Positions 41,215 through 52,373 of a DNA stretch of 64,000 nt are shown here, one piece after another. The translations under genes were made by a program, and so were the position numbers. Source of the stretch: Octopus vulgaris (lineage: Eukaryota); NCBI GenBank assembly GCA_951406725.2, contig OX597815.1, forward strand, positions 53,630,001-53,694,000, read 5' to 3'. The notes beneath the pieces are model-generated. The model was not told the origin of the DNA, did not search any database, and was given only the letters and a program-made list of their open reading frames with translations. The stretch's first letter is position 1. Each line of letters begins with the position of its first letter.

Positions 41215-44200
41215 CAACAATAACAACAATAATAACAACAACAACAACAACAACAACGATATCGTCGTTTTGCCATCTACGATAACTGCCAACAATAACA
41301 CCACTACTACAACCTCAACTACTACAAGTGACACCTCTGCCACCAACACTACCACCAAACCCAATTTTGCACAAGCATTAAAACAAAAAAGACAATATTA
41401 CACTTCACAACAGAACAAATAAAACAAACAAAAGCCCTGTTAGCTGAAGAAGGTTCACATCTACGCTTACATATACCACAAAACATCATAGACAACACAC
41501 AAAAAAAAACAATAATATACAAAATCTTAAACGCAAAAATGCGCACACCAGAACAAGCACAACCAGAACTGATTGAAAAATGTTTACGGCCGATATGGGC
41601 CTATAAAAACTATTTAAATTTGGGAAACAAATATGCCACGATACAGGTTCGCTTCGACAGCGAAGAAAGAGCGAAAGAACTTTCGACGCTCACATTACAG
41701 TCGGAAAAACTCATTTTAATTCCGACCTACCTTGGTCAACGCGTGACCAAAATTTCGATTAAAAATTTCCCTCCAAAAATAGAATCACAATGGCTGTTGT
41801 CAGCCATTTGCTACAAAATGGAGGAGAATATAAATATTCTTGTATTTGCCACCTTGGAGGAAAAGAAATGGTCGGGGAAAATGGTTCAGTTATTGATGCA
41901 AATTGATCAAAACCAAATCAATAACATCCCCCACTGAATTGAGATGCCAGACGGAAATTTCCTTTACGTGGTGGTAGAGGTTAGGAGGCCTCGCTGTTAC
42001 TTGTGTGGCAGCGAGGTACACCTAAAAAATGATTGACCAACAGCAAAAAAACAACAACAAAACCCAGAACAAGAACAACAACCACAACAGGGAAAAAGTC
42101 AAAAGAAAAAAGAACCACTACTATCCACACCACCATCAGCACAGAGGACAAGCAAAGGGAGTACGGAACCAAACTCGCCAGCACCAACAAATACTACCCA
42201 GACCACCATTAGCACAGAGGACAAACAAAGGGAATACAAAACCAAACCCGCCAACACCAACAAATGAACATACAACAACATCTGAAAAAAAATCATCAAC
42301 AGCAAAAACTAAAGAAACAACAAAAGACAATACAAAAACTGATTCGCCTTCCCCCACATCACACACACCACACACAAACGCCAGGTTTGGATGGTCTGCC
42401 CTACGAGCTTTACAATTGTATGTTTTGTGAGCCGAGGAGCCGTTACGCTGGTAAAGAAAGATCCAAACAAAGGGGACATTATAGATAACTTTAGGCCCAT
42501 CACTCTGCTCAATGGAAACTTGATAATTTTGGCCAAGGTGTTAGCCAAGAGGTTGGCGCTTGTCATCGAGAAACTGATTGACAAGGTGCAAACTTGCGCC
42601 GTGCCGGGCCGGAGCATCCATGACAACCTCTATCTGGTGCGCTACATCATAGACAGGGTAGCTAATAAACCTGGCATGGGTGGGGCTCTGATCAATTTGG
42701 ATCAATCCAAAGCTTTCGATAGGGTAGACCATCGTTATTTGGAGGCTGTCCTCATAGCGGCCGGCTTCAGTCCCATATTCCGCAGCTGGATGGCTCCCTT
42801 CTACAGAGGCATCCGTTCGGTAATTCGCGAGAATGGGAGTCTATCGAGACCTTTCGACATTGCACGTTCGGTCCGTCAGTGATGCCCCCTCTCGTCGCTT
42901 CTGTACGTATTGACTCTCGAGCCACTACTGCGGAAGCTGGCGACGCTGAGGGGCATCCCGCGAGAACTGGGTTGCGGGACGAGCGTGTCCGCATACGCAG
43001 ACGACGTCACCGTCATAGTGTCTAGCCACGAGCACATCGAGCTAGTCGGCGAGACACTGCCTTGACGGGAGAAAAATCAACCGAGAAAAGTCAGTGGGCT
43101 TGCGGCTGTGCACCTGGAGAAACAAGCCCATGCCGTCTACCAGCGCCTCAGTTGTGGGACACTGGACGGAGGGGCCGGTCAAATTGCTTGGAGTCTTCTT
43201 CGGTCCAGACCTGCAAACGGAGAAGAACTGGGACGAGATAACGAGTAGGGTGGCCACTCGCTGCAGGCAATGGGCCGAGAGAAAGCTGTTCCTAAAAGGT
43301 CGGACAGAGGTGGCGAACGCGTACATCGCATCCGTCATCAACTACCGCCTGACTGTCGTGCCTTGTCCCGACCCCACCGTCACCAAACTGGAGCACATCC
43401 TCTTCCGCTTCTTGTGGAAAGGAAACGTTCCGATAGTCAGGCGATCCGTTTGCTGTCAATACTCGCTGAAAGGAGGACTGGGCATGCCGTGGTTGATGAT
43501 GCGCAGATACGCGCTGAGACTGCGACATCTCCGGCTCTACGTAGAGGACGGTGAGCAGGTGTGGTCGCCGTTTGTGCGGCGCACTTTCCCGCAACTCATG
43601 TCCATGACCGAGCTGCAATCGTAGATCAAAAAGAGGCCGAGGAAGGGCGAATGGCACCGCGAGTGTCGCGTTGCTCTCCAGCAATTCTGCCGTCCTGGGT
43701 CGAACTTGAGCAACTGCATCACCACGAAAGCATTTTATAGGAGATTAGTGGAGGGGAGGTACGACGACGATCTCGAGGCGAACCTGGGCGTCGATGAGGA
43801 ATACCTGATCCGCCTGTTCAAGACGACTTTCGGGCCGGGACCTATGGACAATTTCCAGAGATCCCTGGCCTGGCAGTGCTATCGAGAAGCACTACCCGTT
43901 CGAGATAAGCTCTATAGACATGGTTCGAGAAACACGGGGCCGACCTGCCCGAGATGTGGTCAGAGCGACGAAACTGTTCTGCACGCACTCATGCAGTGTC
44001 GAACCATTTCCAACCTGTGGGCTTATGTCGAACGACTGCTTTCACGTGTGGGACAAGTCGGTTTATCAGCTGAGTCTATCGTCAATATCGTTACGCCTCC
44101 TTCCTTCAAACGGGAAAGAAGAGCTATTTTTATAATACTTGTAGCTATGGCGAAAGAATGTATCTGGTGGACGCATCTGAAAGGATTAGAGACAAACACT

Positions 44201-44664
44201 TTCCTCTCTGGTCGATCTCTCATCAACTTTTTCAAGTATCACTTGAAAAGGAAGTGAGAGTAGAGAGTAGAGAGGGAAGTTTTGTCTAGCGAATGTTTCA
44301 AAAAAAGATGGGTAACTGTAGCAAGGATGGCACGTAAGAATGACGAAGCCACTTTGAACATAATCCTATGAACCATAAAAATTTAATACAGAGAGTTACT
44401 TATTTATATATAAATGTTAGTATGTGACATAATTGCCTGAGGCTGCTGTGGTCTTTTCGTAGGCTTTTCTTTCCACAGATAAACCTCCCCATTTCTTGGG
44501 AACTTCTTGTACTATTTCGAAATTTTTTGCATATATCCCCAAAGATTTCGATCCATTTTGATCGTCGTCCCTATTTTTTTACTTTGTTTTCGCCCTCCTC
44601 GAAAAGAAAAACTCTACATTGTAATTGTCCCCTCTGTGTTTAGCTCTGTGTGGCCAATAAAGAA

Positions 44665-44668
<4 letters not shown>
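40790..44668 (+). mobile_element. Tx1/L1-clade LINE lacking its endonuclease
   Basis: ORF1 remnant 41099-42375 with zinc knuckle CYLCGSEVHLKND*; RT remnant follows directly; AATAAA at 44656 then (TC)n. Confidence 0.9.
42378..44370 (+). pseudogene. LINE ORF2 reverse transcriptase and C-terminal zinc finger
   Basis: PGLDGLPYELY, NFRPITLLN, LDQSKAFDRVDH, SVRQ*CPLS, YADD (42994-43005), CPRCGQSDETVLHALMQC. Confidence 0.95.
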
Positions 44669-44725
<57 letters not shown>

Positions 44726-44843
44726 TCTCTCCTTCTCGCTTTCTCTCTCTCTCTCCATATATATATATATATAATTTAATTAAACGCCATGCATCCATTT
44801 CCAAGTATATATACATGTATGTATATATATATATATATGTATT

Positions 44844-44875
<32 letters not shown>

Positions 44876-45045
44876 CATATGTATGTATATATATGTATAT
44901 ATATGTATATGTATGTATATATATGTATATATATATTATATATATGTTTATACGTATATATACATATATATATATGTATTTATATAGGTATATATATATA
45001 TATATATATACATATATACATATGTATGCATGTATGTATATGATA

Positions 45046-45447
45046 GGTGCAGGAGTGGCTGTGTGGTAACTAGCTTGTTTACCAATCACATGGTTCCGGG
45101 TTCAGTCCCACTGCGTGGCACCTTGGGTAAGTGTCTTCTACTATAGCCTCGGGCCGAGCAACGCCTTGTGAGTGGATTTTGTAGACGGAAACTGAAAGAA
45201 GCCCATCGTATATATTTATATATATGCGTGTGTGTGTTTGTGTGTCTGTGTTTGTCCCCCTAGCATTGCTTGACAACCAATGCTGGTGTGTTTATGTCCC
45301 CGTTACTTAGCGGTTCGGCAAAAGATACCGGTAGAATAAGTACTGGGCTTACAAAATAATAAGCCCCGGGGTCGAGTTGCTCGATTAAAGGCGGTGCTCC
45401 AGCATGGCCGCAGTCGAATGACTGAAACAAGTAAAAGAGTAAAAGAG
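45046..45447 (+). mobile_element. SINE family A, full length
   Basis: TGGCTGTGTGG A box, GGTTCAGTCCC B box, AAAAGAGTAAAAGAG tail. Confidence 0.92.
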
Positions 45448-45512
45448 ATATGTATATATATATATATAATTTAATTAAACGCCATGCATCCATTTCCAAG
45501 TATATATACATG

Positions 45513-45561
<49 letters not shown>

Positions 45562-45841
45562 TATATATATGTATATATATACATTATATATATGTATATA
45601 TATACATTATATATATGTATATATATACATTATATATATGTATATATATACATTATACATATGTATATATATACATTATACATATGTATATATATACATT
45701 ATACATATGTATATATATACATTATATATATTTATATAAATATATACATTATATATATGTTTATAAGCATATATACATATATATATATAGTATGTATTTA
45801 TATATGTATATATATATGTATATATATATACATATGTATGC

Positions 45842-45887
<46 letters not shown>

Positions 45888-45891
<4 letters not shown>

Positions 45892-46216
45892 AGATGTACT
45901 CGCATAGCAAGTAATTTGATCTGAGATCGTGTGCTGAAACGAAAACAATTGCAGCGTGGAAGGTGTTTATAAGCCATTTAAGAAAAGCCTTTCGATTCAC
46001 TTCAACATTTAAGTTTAATTTGTCAAAATATTTTCGTCGCCAAATTCCGCGACCTGTTCACTGACAAAAATCCGTGCTGCACGGATTTTTGTCAGTGAAC
46101 AGGTCGCGGATTTGGCGACGAAAATATTTTGACAAATTAAACTTAAATGTTGAAGTGAATCGAACGGCTTTTGTGTGTTTCTTAAATGGCTTATAAACAC
46201 CTTCCACGCTGCAATT
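45888..46216. repeat. Near-perfect palindrome, arms about 130 bp, in (TA)n
   Basis: 45947-46077 versus 46079-46216, centred on T46078; one 8-nt and one 1-nt indel; left arm extends to 45888. Confidence 0.95.
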
Positions 46217-46234
46217 ATATATATATATATATAC

Positions 46235-46552
46235 GTTTAAATATTTGTTGCGCAAGATTTTTTATGTGAAGTCGTGTGTTGAAACAGATATTGTTATATT
46301 TCGGAATGGTCATATTGCCAGTTTAGCCAATAAAAACACACGCACTATATATTTGGTGTTATCTTGCTTCAGTGTTATTTAATTTTACATTAACCTTAAT
46401 CTTATTTCGGCCAGGAGTGTGACGAAAGAACTCTGGCCGAAATAAGATTAAGATTAATGTAAAAAATAAATAACACTGAAGCAAAATAACACCAAATGTA
46501 TAGTGCGTGAGTTTTTATTGGCTAAACTGGCAATATGACCATTCCGAAATAT

Positions 46553-46556
<4 letters not shown>
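46235..46556. repeat. Foldback element, arms about 123 bp, 18-nt loop
   Basis: 46292-46414 versus 46433-46556 with a few mismatches; (TA)n flanks. Confidence 0.93.
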
Positions 46557-46599
<43 letters not shown>

Positions 46600-46609
46600 G
46601 TATATATTT

Positions 46610-46703
46610 ATTTTATAGAAGGAGCTTCTACCAGTTCTAGTCCTGTAGAAGCTCCTTCTATAAAATTATTTACTGTGGTTAACCCCGACTCAACCCGGGA
46701 CCT
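46610..46703. repeat. Mini foldback element, 22-bp perfect arms
   Basis: ATTTTATAGAAGGAGCTTCTAC (46610-46631) / GTAGAAGCTCCTTCTATAAAAT (46645-46666); right side extends to (TA)n. Confidence 0.9.
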
Positions 46704-46791
46704 ACATATATACGTATATATATATGCATGTATGTATATATATATTCATATCCATATATATTTCTGTGTATACGTATATATATATATATGC

Positions 46792-46865
<74 letters not shown>

Positions 46866-47038
46866 GTATGTATATATGCATATATATATGTATGTATGTA
46901 TGTATGTATATATGCATATATATATATGTATGTATGTATGTATATATGCATATATATATATGTATGTATGTATGTATATATGCATATATATATATGTATG
47001 TATATATGCACATATATATATATATATGTATGTATATA

Positions 47039-47089
<51 letters not shown>

Positions 47090-47095
47090 ATATGC

Positions 47096-47192
<97 letters not shown>

Positions 47193-47194
<2 letters not shown>

Positions 47195-47545
47195 CGCAGG
47201 GGTGACTGTCTGGTAAGGAGCTTGCTTCCTAACGATATGGTTGAGGCCCACTGCATGGAACTTTGGGCAAGAGTCTTCTATAGTCTCTGGCCGACCAATA
47301 CCTTGTCAGTGAATTTGGTAGACGGAAACTTAAAGAAGCCGGTCCAATATATATGTGTGTTTTTGCGTCTATGCTGGTTCTCCCACCATCGCTTGACACA
47401 CTGGTTGGTGTGTTTATGTAAACTAGCAGTTCAGCAAAAGAGAACGATAAAATAAATACCTGCTTAAAAAAATAATGAGTAGTGGATATTTATTCATTTG
47501 ATTAAAAATTCTTCAAGGCAGTGTCCTAGCATGACCTCAGTCTAT
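47193..47545 (+). mobile_element. SINE family A, diverged
   Basis: GGCGCAGG head, TTTGGTAGACGGAAACT core, TTCTTCAAGGCAGTG tail. Confidence 0.85.
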
Positions 47546-47807
47546 TAACATGCAATTACTATGTACTCAAAGACAGCCAATTCTTTTTCAATCAATTACC
47601 AGCTTATCAACCAACTCACCAGCCAACAGCCAGCAAACTAACGAACAAACTTTTAATGAGTCAGCTAAATACCCACTAATTAAGATAACATCGTCTTTTA
47701 ATTTCTTATAAGCTCCTTTGTCAGAAACTAAACTAAACCACACACACATACAAACACAGAAATTCCCCATCCTTACCCTACCAAAAAACTAAGCAAAACA
47801 AATATCC

Positions 47808-47859
<52 letters not shown>

Positions 47860-47875
47860 CGAAAGATAGACAGAC

Positions 47876-47922
<47 letters not shown>

Positions 47923-48425
47923 CAGACAAACAGACAGAGGGGGATTTGTGAATGAAGCGATCTTTATCCGAACATCCGTTTTGACATATGTCACATTGAG
48001 CACAAACCCTGAGACTGGTTACTCGATTATGCATCTTTAATTAGATAAATCTTTTGATCATAAATTAGCGCATAAAGTCAGATTTTGTAACACGCACCAC
48101 CTGTTGTGTCAGCTATACACATCCCACTGTCTTTTTATAATATACTATATCTGTAGAGTTTTTTTCTTCTTTGATATACATGCATATATATCAGCTTTGG
48201 TTTCATCTTTTTTATTTATTTATTTATTTTTGACAGTTTACCAAGCTTCTTAGTGTCTTCATTGCGGACTGATTTATTCTTGGATTAAATTATTCTATTA
48301 ATTATACGCTTCCTTTCTGCAAATCTCAGAAAAATATTGAATGATACAGCAGGATAACTTGCTCGTCAACTAGATGGGGAGAGAGAGAGGGGAGAAGGAG
48401 AGAGAACAGAGACAAGGAGAGAGTG

Positions 48426-48488
<63 letters not shown>

Positions 48489-48659
48489 GAGGAGGAGCAG
48501 AGAAAGACAGAGAAAGAAAGAGTGACCATGATAGTTAAACATTTATGGCAATTTTGGTCTTTCTACGTTCCGAGGTCCAACATCTTTTATTTCTCTACCA
48601 TAGAGAAAATAACAACCTTGATAAATTGCCACCGATTCAGTGGACTACGTCACTCAGAT

Positions 48660-49050
48660 AAGAGTGTGGCTTTATGCCTAGAAATCGTTTGCAGGTCGGA
48701 CAAAATGATTAGCGGTATATCTTTTGGCATTACGTTCAGAGTTCAAATGCCCTCGACATTGACTTTGCAATTCATACTTTAGGAACGGATACAATTATCA
48801 GTGCTTGGACCGATGTAATCGACTACCCGCTTCTTTCGAAATTTCAGGCGTTGTAACTATTATAAAAAATATTATTATGCCAGAAAAGATGTTCAGTGGC
48901 ACTTTATCCAGTTTTATGTTCTGAGTTCAGACTCCAACGAATAAGACACTTTTCATCCTTTCAGGATTGATAAAATGACTATCAGTTGGTAAATCACCGC
49001 CTGCGTCCATTATTATTATTATCATCATCATTATTATTATTGATATTATT

Positions 49051-49085
<35 letters not shown>

Positions 49086-49323
49086 TATTATTATTATTAG
49101 TATTAGTATTAGTATTAAAGCGGCGAACTGGCAGAATCGTAAGCACGCCGGGCGAAATGCTTCGCCGTATTTCATCTCCCGCTACGTTCTGAGTTCAAAT
49201 TCCGCCGAGGTCGGCTTTGCCTTTCATCCTTTCGCGGTCGATGAAATAAGTACCATTGAGGTCAATATAATTGACTAGTCCCTACCCAACAAATTTTCAA
49301 GGCGTTGTGCCTAGATTAGAAAT
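48660..49323 (+). mobile_element. Cluster of three SINE family B copies of different ages
   Basis: GAGTTCA B-box units near 48740, 48922 and 49191; the last (49118-49323) is best preserved. Confidence 0.75.
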
Positions 49324-49393
49324 AATGACAATAACAATAATAATAATAACAATAATAATAATAATAATAATAATAATTATCATTATTATTATT

Positions 49394-50677
49394 CAGTAGG
49401 CTTATTTTTATCACGTATTTTCACTGCACTACCCAACGCAGCTCTGTGTGCCTTGGGTATGAGCTGTGGTTTGTTGTGGTGCTCTTATGTTCACTGTATT
49501 GAAAGTGTTTTACGTAGGATGTGTGTGGTACCTAGTGGTGCTATTATTTACAGGGGTTGGACAAAATAATGGAAAAACCTTAAAATTTCAAGCAACTTTA
49601 TTTTAGTATGGGGTAGGATCACCTTTGGCAGTAATTACAGCTTGAATTCTATGAGGTATAGATTCGTACAAAGTTTGAATTGTTTCCAAAGGAATTTTTG
49701 TCCATTCTTTAGCTAAAACAGTCTCCAGTTCTTGTAGTGATGTTAGTGGAGGATATCGACTCCTTACTTGTTTTTCTAAAATGCACCATAAATGTTCAAT
49801 AATATTGAGATCTGGGAACTGTGGTGACCAGATAAGACATTCAACTTCACTAGAATTTTCCCCGTGCAAATCAGTAACAACTTTAGCTGAGCGAATTGGT
49901 GCATTATCATCCTGAAAGATTGCTCTTCTCTTCGGAAACAGTTCCGCAAACATAGGATGAATTTGATCAGATGAAACGTTTAAATAGTTTTGACTATGTA
50001 GGGAAACCATTGGACCGGCGGATTTCCAAGATATAACCCCCACCCCACCCACCGCAGATCATCACAGATCCTCCTCCATGTTTAACAGTTGGAAGAAGGC
50101 AGTCTGGTTGAAATGCTTCTTTTAGCTGTCTCCACACATATACTCAGTCGGTGGTCGGAAATAAGGTAAAGGATGACTCGTCTGAGAAATTAACATTCTT
50201 CCGCTGTTCTAGGGGCCAATTCTGTAGGCTTTTACTCCACTCTACACGCTTTGCAACATTTGTTTTTGAAAGTAGTGGTTTTCTGATAGCAGCCCTCCTG
50301 TGAAATCCGGCTTTGTACATCTCCCAGCGAACAGTTTATGTGGAAACTGGGTTCTCAAGGTGGTCATTAAGCTCTGCAGTAATTTTGGGAGCTGTACCCT
50401 TGTGATCCTTTCTAACAATTCGCGTAAGAGAAAAAAAACATTAAAAATAAACAAGCTTTTGACAGTTTTATAGATATTTCAAAGTTATGATGCTATGATT
50501 CTAGGTGTTTTCATTATGTTGTCCAACCTCTATATATGTTATATATACTTGTAAGTCCTTGTGTTTTTGTTGTGTATTTGTCTGAATGTTTTTTTTTATC
50601 ATACATGATGCACCTACTATGATAGGAATTGTTACTGTTTTTAAGCTTCAAATTCGAGTTACCTCTATTTCCATATC

Positions 50678-50678
<1 letters not shown>
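49394..50678 (-). mobile_element. 3' tip of an R4/Dong-like retroposon in (TAA)n, interrupted by Tc1
   Basis: Joining across the Tc1 gives DMEIEVTRI*SLKTVTIPIIVGA...GLTSIYNI / IAPLGTTHILRKTLSIQ*; (ATT)n on both sides. Confidence 0.8.
49551..50532 (-). mobile_element. Tc1 (DD34E) transposon, internally deleted
   Basis: TIRs CAGGGGTTGGACAAAATAATG / CATTATGTTGTCCAACCTCT with TA flanks; FSDESSFTLF, IFQDDNAP, WSPQFPDLNIIEHLW. Confidence 0.93.
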
Positions 50679-50755
<77 letters not shown>

Positions 50756-50761
50756 TATTAT

Positions 50762-50892
50762 TTTCCTCTTCTTTTGTTTCCATTTCTTGCCGACTGTCTT
50801 CCCGGCAAAGAAACTCACTGTATACATTGGTAGGCCATTAAAATAAACACACCAGATTGTTCATTTACAAAGTCATGTGGTAGAAAGAACGG

Positions 50893-50934
<42 letters not shown>

Positions 50935-52312
50935 AAAAAAGAAAGAGGAAAGAAAGAGGAAAGAGGGAAAATGGAAATAAGAAAACAGAAAATAATGGGT
51001 AAAAAAGTAAAGAAAATTCACAGTGACAATGCTCTTCTCAATACGTGTGACATACCAGTTAAAACAACCCTTTGAATTTTTTGCATGGATGATAAGCCAG
51101 GGATCATCCTCGAATAATTTTCAGTTCCTTTCTTGATCATTCTGAGTACTCATACAATCGCTGGAATTGAAACATACTGTGCTGCTCTATCATACCTGTT
51201 CAGATACTCTGTAGGCGCAAGAAGACTGTGCATGGAGACATGATCCATAGTTTAATTTTCTGGTTGACATACACGACGTGTTGGGTTACTGCCGTTCTTT
51301 TATACGTTGGCCTAGTAGCGCCTTGTAGGTGGGCATTGATCTCGGGGTGCTATGATAAACCCATTTGTTCCTGATTTTAAGTCAGAAGACACTAACCATT
51401 GATTGGTAAGGGCTTTGGCAGCATCTGCAATATTAGCTCTCTATGAGTATTTGCCATTGAGAGGTTTTTCTCACCATTTATCGGTAAGAATATCTAAGGT
51501 AGCAGTTTTAGCACGGGTTTTCATACGCTTAGCTTTTTCTTTACTTGTTTCTAATTCTGGAATTTGTTGTAGTTGGAATTCACTTAGACATTTCTATGCC
51601 TGTCTTGTTACTGCGTATTATGTTTTCTTGTTTTCGTGCTTATAACAAGTTTTAACATCCAGTCATCAGAGTTTTCAGGTAGGTGTTTGGGCCAAATGTG
51701 GTAATCTTCATTGTCAATTCCAGTTGTAAAAACCCGAGGCTACCCTCTTTTCTTGGAAGGTAAAGTCGTTGTATATCTTCCTTAGGGTCGTGTATTCTAT
51801 GCATTGTCAGCAAATTTCCTATTTTTCTGTCAAAGTTACATATTTCAGTAATTGACCAGTTAATAATTTTGAAACTGAAAGTCACTATCGGTATGGCTAA
51901 AATATTGATCGCTTCGATCCTGTTTCTTGCATTTAACTCTATCTTGAGTATCGCCCTTACCCTGTGATAATATTCTTTTCTGATCCTTTCCCGCATCATT
52001 GAAAGTTTGATTCCATCATCTTCAAATATCCCTAGGTATTTGTAGCTCTCCGCTGGTTCTAACTCCCTTATGACATTCTGCTAATCAAGATTAATGTTGG
52101 ACGCTTCTATCATTTTAACTCTGATAAAGGTAGCATTTTTACATAGGCGCAGGAGTAGCTGTGTGGTAAGTAGCTTGCTTACCAATCACATAGTTCCGAG
52201 TTCAGTCCCACTGCGTGGCATCTTGGGCAAGTGTCTTCTACTATAGCCTCGGGCCGACCAAAGATTTGGGAATGGATTTGGTAGACGGAAACTGAAAGAA
52301 GCCCGTCGTATA

Positions 52313-52373
<61 letters not shown>

